Shown here: one piece after another, positions 29,250 through 32,000 of the stretch
Numbering within the stretch: the first letter of the stretch is position 1
How the letters are laid out: each line of letters begins with the position of its first letter
Assembly: GCF_000973505.1 (NCBI RefSeq)
Contig: NZ_CP010048.1
Coordinates: 60,001-92,000, forward strand
DNA length: 32,000 nucleotides
Direction: 5' to 3'
From: Candidatus Saccharimonadota bacterium
GTDB lineage: Bacteria; Pseudomonadota; Gammaproteobacteria; Enterobacterales; Enterobacteriaceae
Notes under the pieces: model-generated
What the model was told of the DNA's origin: nothing
The model's database searches: none
What the model saw: the letters and a program-made list of their open reading frames with translations, nothing else
Program-made: the position numbers and the translations under genes

Positions 29250-29563
29250 GTAATGAACTTATTTTGTTCATGGGTGTTATATTGTTTTGAAGTAATGAGT
29301 TTAATTTTGTAAATCATGTTGGATGTTTTGAAGATTTTGTTATTGTATGGATTGTTTGATATTATAGTATTGCGTTTAGATTTTTTTTGAAACTTTGTTA
29401 GAAAGAGTTGGATTGTTAGTTATTAATTGTTGTTTTGTATGTTTTTGAAATTTTTTTTATAAGATGGTGTGTTATAATATTATTACTATTCTTATTTATT
29501 TGAGCATAAGTTGGTAAAGATTATTAGTTGTTTTTTTATTATTTTATAAAAAATATAAATTTA

Positions 29564-30535
29564 ATGATGCTTACGAAAACAAGTATTAAATATCAGCCAG
29601 CAATTATTTGTTTAATGGGTACAACTGCTTCTGGTAAGACTGAATTAGCGATTACTTTAAGTAAGAATTTTTCTGTAGATATTGTTAGCGTGGATTCTGC
29701 GTTAGTTTATCGAGAAATGAATATTGGTACTGCTAAGCCTACTGTGGAAGAATTAATTATAGCACCTCATCAATTGATAGATATTTGTGATCCTTGTGAG
29801 TTTTATTCTGTTTCGGATTTCTGTCATGATGCTTATTGCGCTATTAAAAGAATTACTTGTGTTAATCGTATACCATTATTAGTAGGTGGAAGTATGTTAT
29901 ATTTTAAAGCATTATTAGAGGGTTTATCGTTTTTACCACCTAAAAATGATATAGTACGAAAAAATATTATGTGTGATGCAAAATTATTAGGGTGGATGAC
30001 TTTATATAATAAATTGAAAGAGATTGATCCTATTGCGGCAAGTAAAATTCATTATAATGATCATAAAAGGTTATTAAGGGCGTTAGAGGTTTTTTATGTT
30101 TCAAAGAAAACTTTGACTGAGTTAACTATGGTGTCAACTCAAAATTTGTTAGTGGATTATTCAATTTATTTATTTGCCATTCCGCCGGTGGATCGTATGA
30201 TATTACATAAGCGTATTGAGAATAGATTTTATTATATGTTAGAAATTGGTTTTGAAGAGGAAGTTAGAAAACTTTTTTCTCGAGTTGATTTACATCGAGA
30301 TTCTCCATCGATTTCTTGTATAGGGTATCGTCAGATGTGGTTATATCTGTCTGATCAAATAAACTATCATGAAATGATTTTTAGATGTATTTGTGCTACT
30401 CGTCAACTTGCTCGCCATCAAATAACTTGGTTGCGTAAATGGTCTAATATTTATTGGTTGGATAGTAAAAGTAATATATATGGTTGGGTGGACGAAATTA
30501 ATCGTGTTGTGAATTTAGATCGTGTGGTTATTTAA
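29564..30535 (+). CDS. miaA: tRNA dimethylallyltransferase MiaA
   Basis: The P-loop LMGTTASGKT is present, with VSVDSALVYREMNIGTAKP, IPLLVGGSMLYFKALLEGLS and CATRQLARHQITWLRKW. It is colinear with E. coli MiaA. I place the start at ATG 29564; the track ORF begins at TTG 29528. Confidence 0.95.
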   Translation: MMLTKTSIKYQPAIICLMGTTASGKTELAITLSKNFSVDIVSVDSALVYREMNIGTAKPTVEELIIAPHQLIDICDPCEFYSVSDFCHDAYCAIKRITCVNRIPLLVGGSMLYFKALLEGLSFLPPKNDIVRKNIMCDAKLLGWMTLYNKLKEIDPIAASKIHYNDHKRLLRALEVFYVSKKTLTELTMVSTQNLLVDYSIYLFAIPPVDRMILHKRIENRFYYMLEIGFEEEVRKLFSRVDLHRDSPSISCIGYRQMWLYLSDQINYHEMIFRCICATRQLARHQITWLRKWSNIYWLDSKSNIYGWVDEINRVVNLDRVVI

Positions 30536-31096
30536 TATTTGTATGATGTATTGTTGGTGCTTATATTTTGGGTGTTTTGGGATATAAATATGTTGTATAT
30601 TTTTTAAAACGGCATAATTTGTGTTTTGTTTTAAGTTTTATTGTTGTTTTCTGATGTTTTTAATTTTTTTTTATTTTTTATTATTTTTTATAAATATTAG
30701 ATGTATTACTTTTGTGTATAGTAAATTTTTACATATGTATTATTTATTATTTGTAGCTTGAACTTTGATGAATTTTAGAATTATTTATTTATTGGTAATG
30801 TTTTTTTTAGATGTTTATTGTGTGAAGATGTTTTTATTGTTTTTTATTAGGTTTTATATATTTTAGTTAATTTGAGATTATGATATTACACAAAATTTAT
30901 TTATTTATATTTTAATTTTTTACTGAAATAGTTTTATTTTTTTTTGATTGTTTGGTCTGTATTTTATCAAATGTGATAATTTTAAGTATTTATGTTGTAC
31001 TATATAAGTATTTTTTTAGTGGTGGATAAATTAGAATTATAATTTTGATGAGATGGTATAAATTATGATATTTAATAATATTTGGAGTGACATGTA

Positions 31097-32000
31097 ATGT
31101 GGGATGATGTTTATTGTTATAAATATGATTTTGATACGTTAAAATTGATTGAGCATTCTTCTAGTAGTAATTGCATTAGTCATACTAAACAAAACAGGTA
31201 TAAGTTATATTTTTTGGATTTTATAGAAAAATTTTTATATAAATTAGATCATGCAGTAAAATTATTTAATAACAGGGGCATTGGATCTAATAAGATGCCT
31301 GGGAAAAAGTATTATTTTGTTGTGAGTATTTTTATTATTGTGTGTGTTTTAGTTTGGATTGGAAGTGGTTTGTATACTATTAAAGAGGCTGAAAGAGGAG
31401 TGGTGCTTCGTTTTGGAAAATTTCATCATGTAGTACAGCCTGGTCTTAATTGGCGTCCTGTGTTTTTTGATATTGTTATTCCTGTAAATGTAGAATCTGT
31501 ACGTGAATTAGCAGCATCCGGTATGATGTTGACTTCTGATGAAAATGTTGTTCGGGTGGAGATGAATGTGCAATATCGAATTACTGAGCCAGAGCGTTAT
31601 TTATTTAGTGTGACTAATGCTGATTATAGTCTTCGGCAAGCGACAGATAGTGCTTTGCGAGGAGTCATTGGAAAATATACTATGGACTTAATTTTGACTG
31701 AAGGTCGTACTGTAGTTCGTAGTGATACCCGTCGTGTTTTAGAAAGTACTATTTATCCATATAATATGGGTATTACTTTGTTGGATGTTAATTTTCAAAC
31801 TGCTAGGCCTCCAGAAGAAGTAAAAGCAGCTTTTGATGATGCTATTGCTGCTCGTGAAAATGAACAACAGTATATTCGTGAGGCTGAAGCCTATTCTAAT
31901 GAAGTTAAACCTCGTGCTAATGGTCAAGCGCAACGTATTTTAGAGGAAGGTCGTGCATATAAAGCCCGCACAGTATTAGAAGCACAAGGAGAAGTACAGC
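31097..32000 (+). CDS. hflK: FtsH protease modulator HflK, N-terminal ~300 aa (3' end outside window)
   Basis: This gene is not in the supplied track because the frame has no stop before the window end. My own translation from ATG 31097 (GGAG about 10 nt upstream, in-frame TGA at 31088) reads as follows. It begins MWDDVY...FLDFIEKFLYKL...KKYYFVVSIFIIVCVLVWIGSGLYTIKEAERGVVLRFGKFHHVVQPGLNWRP. It continues through VRELAASGMMLTSDENVVRVEMNVQYRI and RQATDSALRGVIGKYTMD. It ends with ARPPEEVKAAFDDAIAARENEQQYIREAEAYSNEV.PRANGQAQRILEE. It is near-identical to E. coli HflK. Confidence 0.93.
   Translation, partial: MWDDVYCYKYDFDTLKLIEHSSSSNCISHTKQNRYKLYFLDFIEKFLYKLDHAVKLFNNRGIGSNKMPGKKYYFVVSIFIIVCVLVWIGSGLYTIKEAERGVVLRFGKFHHVVQPGLNWRPVFFDIVIPVNVESVRELAASGMMLTSDENVVRVEMNVQYRITEPERYLFSVTNADYSLRQATDSALRGVIGKYTMDLILTEGRTVVRSDTRRVLESTIYPYNMGITLLDVNFQTARPPEEVKAAFDDAIAARENEQQYIREAEAYSNEVKPRANGQAQRILEEGRAYKARTVLEAQGEVQ

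Overview
This is an AT-rich, strongly strand-skewed window that reads as core chromosome of a reduced gammaproteobacterial (Enterobacterales-derived) insect endosymbiont. It looks Blochmannia-like, but that organism call is inference from composition, gene set and E. coli-like proteins. I can support 24 protein genes, 3 tRNAs and RNase P RNA. Their order is: rsmI (3' part), rnpB, a yqjA/yghB-like DedA gene; ileX<rpoD<dnaG<rpsU (minus); tsaD; plsY (minus); folB-uppP; cca (minus); hldE; plsC; metC (minus); tRNA-Phe (minus); cutA (minus); groES-groEL; efp; mscM<psd (minus); orn; tRNA-Gly; tsaE-amiB; miaA; hflK (5' part). hflK is open at the window end and so is absent from the supplied ORF track. 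By my coordinates about three quarters of the window is genic. The rest is long, ORF-free, very AT-rich spacer. The remaining track ORFs are antisense or overlapping artefacts. I see no mobile element, CRISPR array, defence or toxin module, or foreign-looking island, and I find no convincing novel multi-gene system. This looks like an ordinary housekeeping region. The points worth a second look concern genome erosion: (1) 9-10 nt homopolymers inside intact essential genes, including A10 in rpoD; (2) all three tRNA genes lack an encoded CCA while cca is retained; (3) a near-consensus sigma-32 promoter preserved upstream of groESL; (4) spacers where mutL, hfq-hflX, epmA/epmB and others sit in E. 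coli; (5) a 1.1 kb gene desert; (6) a synteny junction that preserves replication polarity; (7) perfect short tandem duplications in spacers. Intergenic coordinates may be off by 1-2 nt because they were counted by hand.
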